This document shows, one piece after another, positions 12,401-25,600 of a DNA stretch of 64,000 nt (position 1 is the stretch's first letter; each line of letters starts with the position of its first letter). This DNA comes from Vitrella brassicaformis CCMP3155 (taxonomy: Eukaryota > Protista > Chromerida), in the NCBI GenBank assembly GCA_001179505.1, contig CDMY01000040.1, positions 141,155 through 205,154 on the forward strand. The letters run 5' to 3'. The position numbers were made by a program, and so were the translations under genes. The notes beneath the pieces were generated by a model. It worked only from the letters and a program-made list of their open reading frames with translations. It did not search any database and was not told the origin of the DNA.

Positions 12401-15400
12401 ACCTTAGTGGTCACGTGCCGCGAGAATGAATCACATGCAGGCACTGAAGAAAATGGCTCGAGTGAGCGCGCCATTGATTCATTCGCTCACTCTTTCATTC
12501 ATCCATTCATGAGACATGGGTATGCATGTGGTTTGTGCCCGCAGTTCTGGCGCGCCCTGGCGACAGAAAGCAAGATGGCTAATTCCAAGCCCTCGAAAGC
12601 AAGGTGAGACCTTGATTGGCCGCTTACTATTGACCGCCTTGGCTTCTGCCTGTGGCAGGGCAATGATGCTGAGTGAGGCACTCGCTGCAGTGTCCAGCGC
12701 CCACCAAGCGTATGTCAACCTGCTGCGGCGGTTTCCAAAGAGCAAGGTTGGTTCGTACAGCGGGTTGACACACGAGCAATCGGATACCCATGCTTTCCGA
12801 ACACATTGAAGGATGCTCTTGAGCTGTTCGCGACCTTTGTTCGGTCAGTTTGCGAATGGTCAGACATGGTCTGCTTATCTGGTTAGTCGTGTCGTGTCTT
12901 GTGTGTCGTCAGGCAGCTGTACAACGATGACAGCAGGTTTGGTCAATGACGCGCCGACAAAGGAGCACTCTTAAAAGATGATGCATTGCACTCTAACTTA
13001 AAGGGCGGAGCTCTTAATGATCCAGGCGGATGCTGATGCTGATGACCGATCTGTCGCTTACAGTGAGCAGAATGCATGAAAGCACGTACATGCACGGGGC
13101 CGTCACTTGTGCCAACGTATCTGTCGATCTCGCATGCAGGCCACAATCCCTCGTCGCTTGAATCGCCCGACCCTGACGGAGGATTCGAGATTCGCGAGGG
13201 AGGTACGAAGCCTTCGTTCACATACTCGGCTCACGCAATGGTTGGCGCCATGAAATGCAGGCAGCAAGAAAGAAGAAAACATTGGCCTAATAGAAATCAC
13301 CAAAAAAAGAAGACTCAAGGTATGCAAACATCAATCAAGAAGGGAGGCCTCATGCGTTCTTCTGCTCATTTCTAGTGGGCTGAAGTGGTTGCCATTATCG
13401 GTAATGATTGCTTGGCCGGTGCACATGGGACGGAAAGCTGTGTTGCCTGTTTTGTTTGTGTGTTCTTGATCTGCCGCAATGAAGGCCTGGTCGTGATGAT
13501 TGTCATTGGAGTGGTGACTCACTTCGTGCAGATTGGCGAGCTCCAGTTCACGACTGAGGTCAGCGAGACTGTGTATGGTCTCGGGTGGCAATGGATTATC
13601 TTTCTTCTCGTTGCAGAAGCTTCACGATTTGCAATACAATCGCATCCTTATTAACAACTGGTATGCTTCATGCACCCACACTCGTATATAAGCCTGCTTG
13701 CATTCTGGTGTCCTTCTCGCCTACGTGTCACGTCGCCACGGGTCAACCTCTTGTGCAGGGCCAAGGTGCGTGCGCAAGCAGGATATGTTTCCAGCCTTGT
13801 ACACATCTTCTGTCTTATCTCTGCTGCAGATATGCAACAGTGTCACAGGTACAGATACTGTTAGAGATGGGATATTTTTCTCACACATCCTGCAAATACC
13901 TCAGTTACTCACACGTGGTGGAGACACCTTACTGAAGAATTTCCTCTGAGCGCGGGGACTCATGTAGATGTGACTCAGCCGCTGAACGTCACTGAAGAAG
14001 AAATTCGAGCTCGCATTCAGCGAGAGTTGGGGGACATTGGGAGATACGTCGCGGAGATAACAGATGCCGCTAATTTCATCATCGACAAAGCCATCAGGGT
14101 CACCCTGGACATCTAGAAGAGAAGGGACACGCATGGACGTATGGATGAAGGATGGCATGTCTTGTTTAGGAGAAAATGCGTGACGTTGAAGACTTCTATC
14201 GAGACGGAAGTGCTGATCTCTCAGTTGTTACTTTTGACGGTATGTGACATGAATATGCCAGTCGATCGGCCAATGAATTATCCCCTGCTTGCTTTCAGAC
14301 TTCGGAAATAAGAAAATCAGGGTAGCACACGTATATTTCTCAGATACCTGTCAGCTGTCTGCCCTTCTTGCTGTGTATTGTTCAGGAGAAGATCACATAT
14401 TCTGGTTCGGTCCTGCACACATGTACGTTGGTGTGTGCAGGACCCCGTTCTTGTTGTGCAGGGGTCGTCGCTGACTATCTGCTGGCTGTCTTAAGAGTGA
14501 TGGGGGAGGAAGCTAAAGATGAGTCGATTGATCTCAAGGACGTCTTGCAAGTAAAAGTGGCCAGACACATCGTTATTGATCAACGTAAATGGATAGTTTG
14601 CCCACATCTGCTTATCGCCGCTCGCTCAGAACTGTCTCGGCAAGGCGGGTGACGGTGGTCAGAAGATCATCGAGGTACGTACGGATACAATGGATCCACA
14701 ATTGCCACCTTCTTCCGCTTGTATCGGTCGCAGATGGAACTTTCACACATAAACGACGGTGAGCAAAAGGAACACACTGTGTACCCATCGCAAGTTTATT
14801 GTGCCTCCAGTCGTGGCTCACAGTGAAACCGTGATCCTGGCGATGATCACCTGCTTTCTCATTTTCAACCTGTTAATCGCTCTTGTGGTCTTGCGGATGG
14901 TTCAAGTGGGAATGGTGAGTATGTCTATGCATGGGTCGCGTCGATGGATGACATGTCTACATTTGTGTGTGTGTGCAGTCCGAATTTGATCTGCTGGGTC
15001 AGTCGGGCTTGGCCATAAATATCGCCTTCTCTCTCACACACCGCCAGAAACTCCGCCTTCGAAGACGTTTTGCCCGTGAGAGCCGGAAGGGCATCGATTT
15101 CGAGGGCATCGACATTCAGTAAGGCTCCCTCAGATCGCACTGACCCGTGGCTCTTGTGAGCTGTACAGGGCTGGAGAATCGAGAAGGAGCAGTATGCTGG
15201 ACCGGGACTATGACTCGCCTGCAAAGCAACTCGCCCCACCATTCAAATCGGCGCTGAAGTCGAGTGAACGCAGGAGCATTACGGCCGAGGAGCATTTCGG
15301 TGCCATGAAGTCACCCACAAGCAATGACGATTTCGCATTGACCCCGGACGTGAGTGGCGAGGCGGTTGCTTGCGGATCGGTACGAGTGGCGAGCCCGAAG

Positions 15401-18400
15401 GGGGGCGGACTTTTGATGCATCATGAGGCAGTGACCTTCGGGAGTGACAACACGGCGGTGGGTGAGCTACTCAGACGCTCACAAGATATGAGCACGCTCG
15501 CTCTTGACCTGCTGCAGGATGTTTCGAGAAGCCCTCCAGCCGATACCGGTATGGCGTCGGCGGACGAGCGGCTGTCGGGAGGTGGTTGTGAAAACGCTGA
15601 AGTACCAATCAGGATCAGTAATGCAGTAAGGCATCACACAGTCGTCTGGCGTAGAGGCATCACATATCTCTGCGTGTGGCCTCCGTGGGCAGCACGATAG
15701 GGAAAAGGTATTCGATGACAACGTTGGGGCCAAGTAGGGAAAAGGTATTCGTATGCGGCTACAGACGACATGATGCGTTTATGTGGTCGCAGTGCATCGT
15801 CCATGCAGCCCGATGTCTTCCTCGACCTCTTTGCAAAGCCAGAAGACTCCCACCACCCGGTGAGTCCCGACAACGTGAGTCTGTGCCAAGTGAGGTATAA
15901 ACGATCGCTTCGCACAGGTCGCTTCTGGCGAGACAATGTTTAGGGAGCCGAAAGAGCCAAGAATAGCCTTCGAGGGCGGCGCAGGAGTGGCAAAGTACAC
16001 GTCGTCACTGACGTAAAAGCATAAATGCCTTACCTTGGAGAGTTTTTGTGAAAGAATGTCGTGCTTCTGTGCTGTTTTGGCAGAAAGGATTTGTCACCCT
16101 TGTCGGCGACTTGTGGTGGTACGCGGAGGAGTAGGAGTGACACCGATATGCGCCTGCACCAGAGGTGGCTGCTGTGGAGGAAATACTGCTGCCCCCGGGA
16201 GCCGCCAAACATTTGCAAGTGGGCAACGACAACTCTCTTCGGGCGGCTTTCGCGGCTGCTGCTGATCTTTTGGACCCTTGTCCTCGCATACTCCATCTTC
16301 ACGTACTCATTCATGGTATGCCTCTAAGTGAAGACTCGCCGCAGGCCAGTGTTCGTCGACTGATGATGAAATGTTTTCAGGCAGCAGAGATGGCGCGCGT
16401 AGACAACATGACGGAGGAAGTAACACCCTGCATAGCTCACCCTTCGAGCGCCTGCATCCATCTATGAGCACACTGTGATCTATGCAGGTGATGCAGGCAA
16501 CTCTCGGTGAGTACCGCTTTCGGCACACTCAAATCGCCAGCATTCATTTGGTCGAACCAACCCTGTAAGCCCAACACTAAAGGCCTACACACATGTACAC
16601 ACACACACACACACACACAGACCCAGGCTCGATAATCCAGACAGACAGACAGACATCCTGCCTGCCTGGTGCATGCACATTTATGTTCCCAATTGGCCTT
16701 GGCGCGAGACACTTGCTGAGAGCGCTCCAAGTTGGCCGGAGTACTTTGTGGTCAGCGGCCCTTCAGCGAATGAGTACAAGTACTGGTCATCATCAATGCG
16801 TGTCCCTCCGTACGTGTTGCAGGAACAGCTGTCGCTCGGCGCCGAGCAGGTGACTACACTCCTGTATCAAAAGAGCAAGACCTCGGGCGAACCGGTGACT
16901 ACAAGTCGCATGAATCACACAGATTGACTGACCTGCCTAGGCCACCCCTGTAGCTGAGCATCGTCTGTACGATGTCGCTGCTTTGTCGGTGATGGCTGTG
17001 TATATACATCTTCAGATCGACCGTCGATTTGAAGCCCGTCGGAGGTACGTATATAGTCTGGCGCGTATAGTCTTCCTATGCCGATCCCCCCTTTGTTTGC
17101 TGCGCTGCCAATTGCCTACAGGTTGCTCTACTACCCTGGCTGTCTTCTCCTGCCACCTGTGCTGTCATGGCCGGCCTTTGTGCGCCCATCTGTCGCGTCA
17201 TTTGACTGTGCTTTCCTTCTGTGTGTGTGAACGCAGGAAGGCACATGCGATAACAGGACGAATCCTTACCCCTTCTCAGGCACGCCTTCCGCTCACACAC
17301 AACAGACTGCTCCAAGCCAGCACTCAGCAGCCAACTCATTTTCTTCCACCTTTCACGGGACTACTCAGAAAAAATGGAGGCTGGATTCTATCCTGCGTTG
17401 GTGGCGTGGTACGTAAACCACCTGCTCTTGATACCTGTGCCTTTACCTCCCGTTCTTTTCAGGTTTGAGGAGGCTGAAAGGTTCTTCCTGAACTGGGTAC
17501 TATGCGAGTTATGATCAGCACCGGAGGCTCGGGATGACAAATAGTGTATGCCATGGCAGGTCTATGGCGTGGGAACACCTCGCGAGTACTACGAGCATCC
17601 TTTCTATGTGGAGGTCAACCCCTATGTAAGACGGCTGTCGTCCAATTCTCATTATTCCTTCGAGGAGCCAGGAGAAGCACACAAGCGGCCAAGGCTGTCT
17701 TGCAGCGCCTGAAGCGTCTGATAGAGCACCAGACTCCCCAGCTGGTCGAAACAAGATCAACCGGGGGACCCGTGAGCTGCAAACGAATGGCGGAAACGGT
17801 ACGACCGGGCCCGAACGCATGGTGCGGCCGTGGCTGCCACCCGACTACTGGTGGATCTACAACACATTACGTTACGACATAGGCAGCGTAAGGGGATGTA
17901 GTTTGTTGTTAACGTAATGTGGGACGTAAGACAATGTGAATCAATGGCCTATGTACGACATAGGCTTTCGAGACGCTGCAAAAACTCTTCATCGACGTAA
18001 GCGTAAGTGGATGTATTGTGAGCGTAAGTCCCCATCCCTGCTCGGTTGGTGTGTGCAGGAGGCAGAGAGCGACTTGAAGAAGCATGAAGGTGACTTTTCC
18101 CTGTTTCCCTGTCTGTCTGTCTCACGCACATGTGTGTATTGGGCTGCAGCAAAGTTGTGGATACTCGGAGCGACGGACTGGGTAAACACAGCTTTGCTTG
18201 GACGTGCTTGTCGCAAATGAGTGTGGTCCCTTGACAGGCAATTATCTTCGTTGCTGCCCTGGTCGTCCATTTCCTGTTGTTCAAATTTTTTCGGAAGGAC
18301 CTTCTAGAAGTCGTAGCTGTTTTGCGTATCCTGCCGGAAGACGACATAGAGGTACTGTGGTACTGTGTGGTCAGCAACGTCGACCCCATTGCCTATGACT

Positions 18401-18566
18401 AGCTATATTGACGCATGTGTCTCTGTATCTGTGCAGCAACAGAAGCTCTTCCATCTCTTCAACATCGATCTGGAGGTAGACGTCGGGCATCGTATGTAGG
18501 TTCGCATACCTCTGTGTGTGCTTGCAGAATGAGGAGGGATCCCAAGGGAGTGAGGCCACCGTCTAG
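9457..18566 (+). CDS. TmcB/TmcC-like large polytopic membrane protein (N-terminal TM bundle, TPR-like region, C-terminal TM segments); more than 30 exons
   Basis: Exons include VLDLLQLVPLLLP, YFSVLGFLCFVILLTAATVWLVAQTF, FQCWEASHIIMLFPSIAALSFL|VPLGLVTALLYNNFKPFSPDLSVQAHGRAEF, APFYHNIANRMRDGILAVLL, AYVNLLRRFPKSK|DALELFATFVRSVC and the C-terminal AIIFVAALVVHFLLFKFFRKDLLEVVAVLRILPEDDIE|QQKLFHLFNIDLE|NEEGSQGSEATV* (TAG 18564-18566). This resembles the TmcB-like family expanded in alveolates; the family assignment is from recalled pattern only. Confidence 0.7.
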
Positions 18567-19320
18567 TGTCGTCTTGCGTGTTGGTCCATACAAACTTGTC
18601 GATTGGCCAAATGCAAGCCTTATTTTTTGGGGTTCAGCCCGAGGACATACCAATCATCCTCGTATTTGCCGTGCAGTACAGACGCTAGTTTTTTGTGCTG
18701 TATCGGTGCTGATATGCCATCGTACCTGCGTGTGGACTGTGCACTCAATCGCTGTCTGTCTGTTGAATCGACGCGATGTCTTTTGCATCGGCCCTCATCG
18801 CTTGATTCGTAGTTAGTAGGCGGACTTCCTTCTGGCTGGCTCAGCCTGGCTGTATCTGATTTAAGCGGCGGACGGACTTGACTGATTCAAGCGATCACAA
18901 ATGACTGAGTGTACAAACGCCCACGTCAGCTACTCTCGACTGCAGCAAGTTCCGACTGCTTCTGTTCGGCTTCAGCATTCTGATGAAATTCGACCGCTTT
19001 GTGCCATGACGCTAATTGCCCTCATCTTCTACTTTGTCAACCGTCTCGCGGCGGTGCTCTAGAGGGAGGGAGGGAAGGAGATGTGCCTTGCCCTCTATCA
19101 AATGCGGAGTCACCAGGCTTGCCTCACGAACACACATAGAATCTGATGCGAGCAGCGGCTGTCTCTCTGTAGGAGTGCCGAATAACGCTCTCCTCTCTCA
19201 CACCAAACGATTGACAGCAGCAAGGCAAGACAGGCGAAGCATACCTCAGATCTGCATTTGATGCAAGCAAACATAGATGCGGGCTGCGGCAAAGCAAAAC
19301 AGACCCGACGACCATTTTCA

Positions 19321-19367
19321 GACCCTAGCCCGGGGTCTGGGCTAGGGTCCCCGGTCTGGGCTAGGGT
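19321..19367. repeat. Combined 11-bp inverted repeat and 15-bp direct repeat with telomere-like CTAGGGTTT
   Basis: gaccctagccc (19321-19331) pairs with gggctagggtc (19339-19349). ggtctgggctagggt occurs at 19334-19348 and 19353-19367. Confidence 0.8.
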
Positions 19368-19697
19368 TTGCAAAGAAACCGACGTCACCCAATCTGGCAG
19401 AATAAATGGTGATGGGTATGTTTGTGCGGTACGCTGTACAGAACCACATCAGCTGAGCATGAGAAGGCGATCCGCATGCGGATTCGAACTCGAAAAATTA
19501 TGTGAGGGAGCGGAGCGCAACGGCCGTGAGAGGCCAGTAGCGCATCCACCGGCCGCATCCATCCAGTTGCTCGTCCGGCACACCTCATCCAGTCGGCAGC
19601 CCTCCCTTCTCCCCCTCTCTCTGTCTCTGATTGTTCGTCTGTTCCTTTCCTTTCCTTCCTTCTCTGAGCCGCCAGCTCCCCGGCCTCTCTCCTGACG

Positions 19698-20718
19698 ATG
19701 ATGGTCCGTCTGATTGGGCTGCTGGTCCTCCTCGCCCTCGCCGGGGTCGCCCACTGCCACATCCGCAAACTTGCCCCTGAAGGTATTTCCCCGAATGCAC
19801 ATGGCGTCTGCATCGCACCTTGCACTCTTCTTGTCTGGGTCTTTCTTCGTCACGCAAGGTCATCACGGGACCTCCACGACCACCGCCGCTCCGGCACCCA
19901 GCAACGACCCAGACGCCACGACCACCGCCGCTCCGACACCCAGCATCGACCCAGACGCCACCACCAAGAGCGACGGCATGTACGACGGTGAGGAGAATTA
20001 AGACCAGCTGTGGTGCGGTGTTTTGATTGCTCTGTCGTTTGCTTGTCTTGCCGCTTCCTTTTTGATGCAGGCTACGATGACCTGGTTGACCTGTCTCCGC
20101 ACGATTCGCCGGACGAGGGCGACAATGCGCCTGCTCTGAACGCAACGCAAGAAAGTATGTCCACACACAAACGACGAGGTGTGCATCCTTTCGTAACTGT
20201 ACTAAATGTGTACTTTCGCGTGCAAATCAGTCTGGCGCGGCTGCCGGGCCCGCTATGTTGTTCGAGATCGTAAGCTCGATGACGATGTCACATCAGAAAC
20301 TACGCACGTGTCGACTGATTCCTTCTTTTCTGCCTTTTGTGTGCGATGTGCAGTTTCGGACAGTGGCCTCGACGTCCTGAGTATCGGTCACTTCAGTGCC
20401 AGAGGAGAGTGTCGCCGTTTCGTTAAGAACCGTTGTCGCGAGCGAGCGCGCGCCGCTGCCCACGAGTGCATGAAAGACGCCTGGAATTTTGCTCCCAGTC
20501 GGAACCCACCCACATCGTGCAGGCGTACGTGGGGAAACAAGAGAGTGAACGACTACCAAGCCTCCTCTCCCCTGAAGACATGGATACAGCGGGAGGCCTG
20601 TGCAGAATGGCGTCCGTGCCAACCCAAGCGTGCCAGGGTCGCGGTACAAGCCGTAACGACAGGCGACTCTGGCTGCGGGAGCACAAGGGAGCTCGGGACG
20701 ATGGACGTCCGCTGCTGA
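19698..20718 (+). CDS. Secreted protein: signal peptide, Thr/Pro/Asp-rich linker, Cys-rich C-terminal domain of unknown family
   Basis: Five exons join in phase: MMVRLIGLLVLLALAGVAHC (signal peptide)..., TTTAAP(A/T)PS(N/I)DPDA twice, then IWRGCRARYVVRD|LSDSGLDVLSIGHFSARGECRRFVKNRCRERARAAAHECMKDAW...GTMDVRC*. Confidence 0.75.
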
Positions 20719-21651
20719 CCAGAGATAGACACAGAGGGGCTGGTGATTGAGATCGAAAAAGATGAGGGGAGGGTGAGAGGGAGGAAAGGCGGGCATTCAA
20801 TAGAGGGAGGCAGGCATGCCATCTGTTCATACCCACCTCTTTCTTTCTCCCCACCCACCTTTTTCTTTCTGTGGGCTCACTCTGGCCGACCACGGACACA
20901 CACGATGGGTGCGCGGGTTTAGCCGAGAGGCGACCAGCAAGTATTTTATGGGTGGGTGGATTCATGTTTCTGGCAACTGTTGGTTGGTGTGCGCATACCC
21001 GTGGGCGGTGTCCAACACATGCGAATTGGGCATGTGTGGGTCTTCACTCACGCAGGCTGACCTCTGACGGCTTTACTTATCGTGGTACGGGGTGGGAATT
21101 AGGGGGAGGGACTTGCCTTGATGCACAATTGTTGCAGCCACAGACGTGCTGATTCCTTCTACTTGTGGGCGGTGCATGACACACACGTGTTGACCAGAAT
21201 CCACTGGTCTGTCTGCTGCTTGATCCATGTGCACCATGTGTTGTCATGTGCCGTGAGGTCGTGCATGTGCCGCGTGGCTGCGTGGGGGCTGTCTGCCGGT
21301 CAGTTATGCTCGAATTGGGAGCGACGGCCGATCGACTGGCTTCCTCGCCCACGTGCACACGCATGAGGTGTATGAGGGTGCGTGAAGCCATCGTTGGGGA
21401 GGACAGAGGGAAACATTGGGGATACATGGGAATGAGAGCACTGAAACAACTCCATCGTTCACAACACCGAATCAAATTTGACCAACAAGAACGAAAGAAC
21501 GAGCCACAGGCTTCAGGTAGATGCATGCACGGACGGCGAAGTTCGTCTGTTCTCATAGACCAGGCGGCTAACTGATCCTCCATGCATAACAGGCAGGACA
21601 CACAGCGAAATACGAGCCCATTTGTCTGTCTGCCTCTCTGTCGGAGACCAC

Positions 21652-22556
21652 TCAAACGTTCTCAAGCACGATTCGCGATATGTCGCTCTTGTCACCCTGT
21701 TGGCACATCATGACGATGCTGGCGGCCACGTCGTCGGCTGTCAGAAATTTCGATATGTCCTTGGCGCCCGGCTCCCAGCCACCCCTTGCCCTATCCTCCC
21801 ACCAAGGAGTCGCCACACCTACCCGCACAAACATATGTGCAGATTAGTCCTCCCCCTCCCCCTCACCCTCCCTTGTTTGTGTGTACCTGCTGGGTTGACT
21901 GTACCGATTTTGACGCCACTCCCCTTCAATTCGCACCTGGCGCTCGCGACCAGCCCCTCCACGGCATACTTGCTTGCACAATAAATGGCGCCCGTCGGCC
22001 CAGCCCGGATGCCCTTGACTGATGATGTAACGACAATCTGTCCGTGACCTTGCCGCCTCATGACTGGCATCAGCCGCACCAGAAAGAGATACACGCCCCT
22101 CACGTTAGTCCGCAGCACCTCGTCCAGCTCGGCCACAGTCGTGTCGACAAGAGCACCCGTCCCTCGCCCAATTCCCGCGTTGAGGATGGCCGCATGGATA
22201 GTCTGCGAGTGCGACAGGCATTCCCGCATGAGCCGCTCGCAGTCGGCCTCGGCGGCAACGTCGCCGGATGACTCGTGTACGTGGAAGGGAGGCCGAGAGT
22301 CGCCGTGCGGCTCCTCCTGATGGATGGCGCGGCACGCATCAGCCACTCTCTTCAGGTTTGCCTCATTCCGGCCAGTCAGGAAGAGGCTATATCCCTCTCT
22401 CGCCAGCAGCTTCGCCGTGGCCTCCCCGATGCCGCTGCTCGCACCTGCATGCATGAAAACACACACACTCAGTGACACACAGTGAGATCTCAGGTGGACC
22501 CTTGCTGTGTAATGCAACGCAGGCGGCACCGCACCTGTGATGAGCGCATACTTCAT
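21652..22556 (-). CDS. Classical short-chain dehydrogenase/reductase (SDR), 3 exons, intact
   Basis: TG|ASSGIG (TGxxxGIG NAD(P)-binding motif), NAGIG, catalytic S...YCASK (YxxxK), VNPA|GVATPWW; stop at 21652. Confidence 0.95.
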
Positions 22557-22622
22557 CGCTTTTCTTTCCTGACACGAAGCAGAGAGAGCTCACACACATG
22601 CGTGGGAGAGCGAGGGTCAGAC
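22369..22622. repeat. 254-bp direct repeat, copy 1 (SDR 5' region)
   Basis: Matches 25941-26194 with a single substitution seen (agtgacacac vs agtgacacgc). Confidence 0.95.
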
Positions 22623-25600
22623 TTCCCTGTCACTCCTTCGCGGCTCGCGTGTTTGGTGAGTGTTCTCCCCCATGAAAAGAGGCACCCAACATGCAGCACA
22701 GATACGCAGCATGCAGCACTCGCGCCATCCCCCTGCCGCCTTTCTCCTGCCGCGGTCGGTGGATCTCCATGGCTGCTCTGGTATGCCTTGCTGCCCTCGT
22801 GGTGGATCTCTGGATGCGTTGCGCCGCCAAGACGACCTCATTCATGCATCTGATGCCATCGGATGGGAGAGCGAGAACGCCATCAGTGTTGCGAGCAGCG
22901 CAGAGGGCCAGGCGACTTCCAGCTGCCCTCGTGAGCCGAGAAGGCGCGCAGGCGGACGACAGAGGTGCGTGGCGTGGCGACAAGCAGACAGGCAGGGAGG
23001 GAGGCAGGCAGGCAGTCAGGGACAGTCAGGGACAGTCAGGGACAGGCAGGCAGGCACAGGCAGGCAGCCATGCATGCGTGTGCGTGTGACTGCCTGCCTC
23101 TGTGTGTTTTTGCTGCATGATGCAGGTGGATTCCCATTGACAATCACAGCTGACGACCTCATCCCTGTCAACCAGCTCATCGACCCATCGGCACTGCGTG
23201 AGACAAACCGACTCGTGGTGCTCAGCGGAGACGGACAACGACGAGAGCCTGCCAAGTACATCGGCCAAAATGTAATCGGCGTTACGGCGACCCCTGCTAG
23301 CATCACTGCCCTCCTCAAGGCGAGGGACAGCGGCCCTTTCAGGGTTGGGCCCACGGTCGTCACACGCTTCTCACGCGGAGGAAAGACACGAATGCTCAAG
23401 GAAATCGCCAAGCAGCTGCGAGCGGCGAAGATTCCGGTGCTGCCGATCACCTTCAACGACGAAACGTCACTTGACCCAAAAGAGAGCAGTAGCAGGACAC
23501 TCATCGAGTCGATTCTCCTGCGGATCGGGTGGTCGGCGGCCAAGAACGAGACAATTGAGGCAGTGGGGAAAGAGCTCGGCAAGGAGGTTGTCAACTTCGG
23601 TGTGTGGGTCGGGGCCGTCAGCGTCACCGAGGAAGTCATCCTGCAGTGGCTTGGCGACAGGCCCTGTGTTCTGATGATCGATGAGTTGAATCAGCTGCTG
23701 AAGAAGAAGACCCCGTATGTCGAAGGATCGCCCGAGGCGATAGTCGCAGCATATCTCAAGACCAACTGGCTCGGTCAGCCGGATCGCTTTCTGGTCTTCT
23801 CCAGCCATGTGCTGACGACCTCGACGAATCTGCAGGGGTTCTGGGTCGCGGGCTTGGGCGATCGCCCCATGCAACAGCTGCGAATGCCGCTGATCGAGAA
23901 CGTCGCCGAGGCGAGAGAGGTCATCAGCGATGCTGCCGACGAAGGCCAGATGTGCTGGGTTGGACGGGCTCCTGGCTTGCTCATGGACCTCTATCATCGA
24001 GACCCTCGCAACGCTGATCCGGCCAATGTCCTGCGGAAGGCCAAGATGATGCCTTCCGGTGCCGATGCGCCATCCGCCGTTGGTGTCATCAAGATGGCTC
24101 TCGACGGCAACACCATGTGGGCTCAGACTATTCCCGACTGGCAGAGGTGGATGGACATCTATGGAGACAACTGTGTTTGGCCACCTTGCTATTTGGGCGC
24201 TGCCTGCACCAAGGTGGCCAACAGCCCGGCGGTCGAGGAAAAGTTTGGCGGGGCCTTCTGCAGCGGGTTGAGGGCCATCGAGAATTTCCTGGACAACCTG
24301 CACACACAGCCGCGAGAGTCTGGCAAGCGATGGGAGGGCGTTGCGGCGGCAGGGGTCCTCCTGCGGTTGCTCGAGAGCCACATCAGCTACACCACTCAAG
24401 GCAAATATCCGATCGGCTTGACACCAGAAGCACAAGCGCTCCTGCCCCCTGATGTTGTGAGGGGATGCAGCTTTGGGGACTATGTGCTGGCCGTGTCGCA
24501 CCCGGATCGCGAGATCAGGACGCTTCGGCAGCTCATTGACTACTTCAACGACAGCAACAGCCCCATCCGCAGGGTGGACAAAGGTGTCGCGGCATTCTTC
24601 GTGTTGCCCACCCATCTGCAGTTTGAAGGCCACGACTTCTACATCTTCATCACTGTCGACGGGCAGCTGACTGAGGTCCGGGGATACCAATGCAAGCAAG
24701 GATTCGCGAAGAAGCCAACCCCAGCCAGTCTCGAGAAGATTGCCCGTGCATTTCGCGACGCCTTCGGTCCTGGCGGGGGCAAACCGGGCGGTGGGAAGGA
24801 GCCAGCCCTCGACGGCCTGCGCACGACTCCATTGTGCAGGACAGTGTGGTTTACGGGGGATTCAGGCGGAGGCGAGGACGAGCGGAATCGCAAAGACGAA
24901 TACGACCTGACGGACAGTGAGGGTGTCCCGGTACGTTGGCCTTCACAGGCCACAATGAGCTGCCTGGTAGGGTTCTCGCTGGCATTGACCTGTCCCTTTG
25001 AGTGGTTGGCGTAGAGCGTGCAGGATGGAAGAGTTTTAGTTAGACATTTCGCTCTTTTTCGCCTTGCTGGACTATTGCTGGACTATTGCTGGGGCAGCTA
25101 TCGTTTTCTTGCTACGAGCTTTCGGAGGACTTGATTGATGCCAGTGAATAAATCGAATCACCTTGAGACAAACACAGACAAGCGGGCCGCTTGACAAAGT
25201 GACACAAACGCTGACCACGACAGCAGTCAACAAATAAAGGCTCAACACAGCGTACATCCATGCACATACGTGGCCGCACACGTGAGGGACAGACAAGGAG
25301 TCCCGCCCGCCACACCTCCTCCATGCACTACCAACGCCTCCTACCCGCCACAGCAGGCGTCCCTTCCACACAGACAGCACTAACAGGCCGCCGGGCCTCC
25401 ATCAAGCGCTCAGATCACAGACACGCCACACGCACACACGGCAACCAGCCACCCAACGCAGCAGCAGCAGCAGCAGCAGCAGCAGCTTAGCCAACAGAGG
25501 GGGAGGGAATGGGGGAGGGGGCGGCGATGAGGGCAGCGAGCTGACATATGGCCACCGTCACGACCCAGGTCACGAACACAGGAAAGAGGTTGTATACAAA

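Noticed and set aside
20231-20260. IQ calmodulin-binding motif (IWRGCRAR)
   Set aside because: The match is partial and lies in a protein with a signal peptide; the Cys is more likely a disulfide residue.
22660-25014. 784-aa ORF taken as the real protein
   Set aside because: Its N-terminal part reads through a repeat-rich GT-AG intron (22965-23125) in the wrong upstream frame. The spliced 694-aa model with a leader peptide is more coherent.
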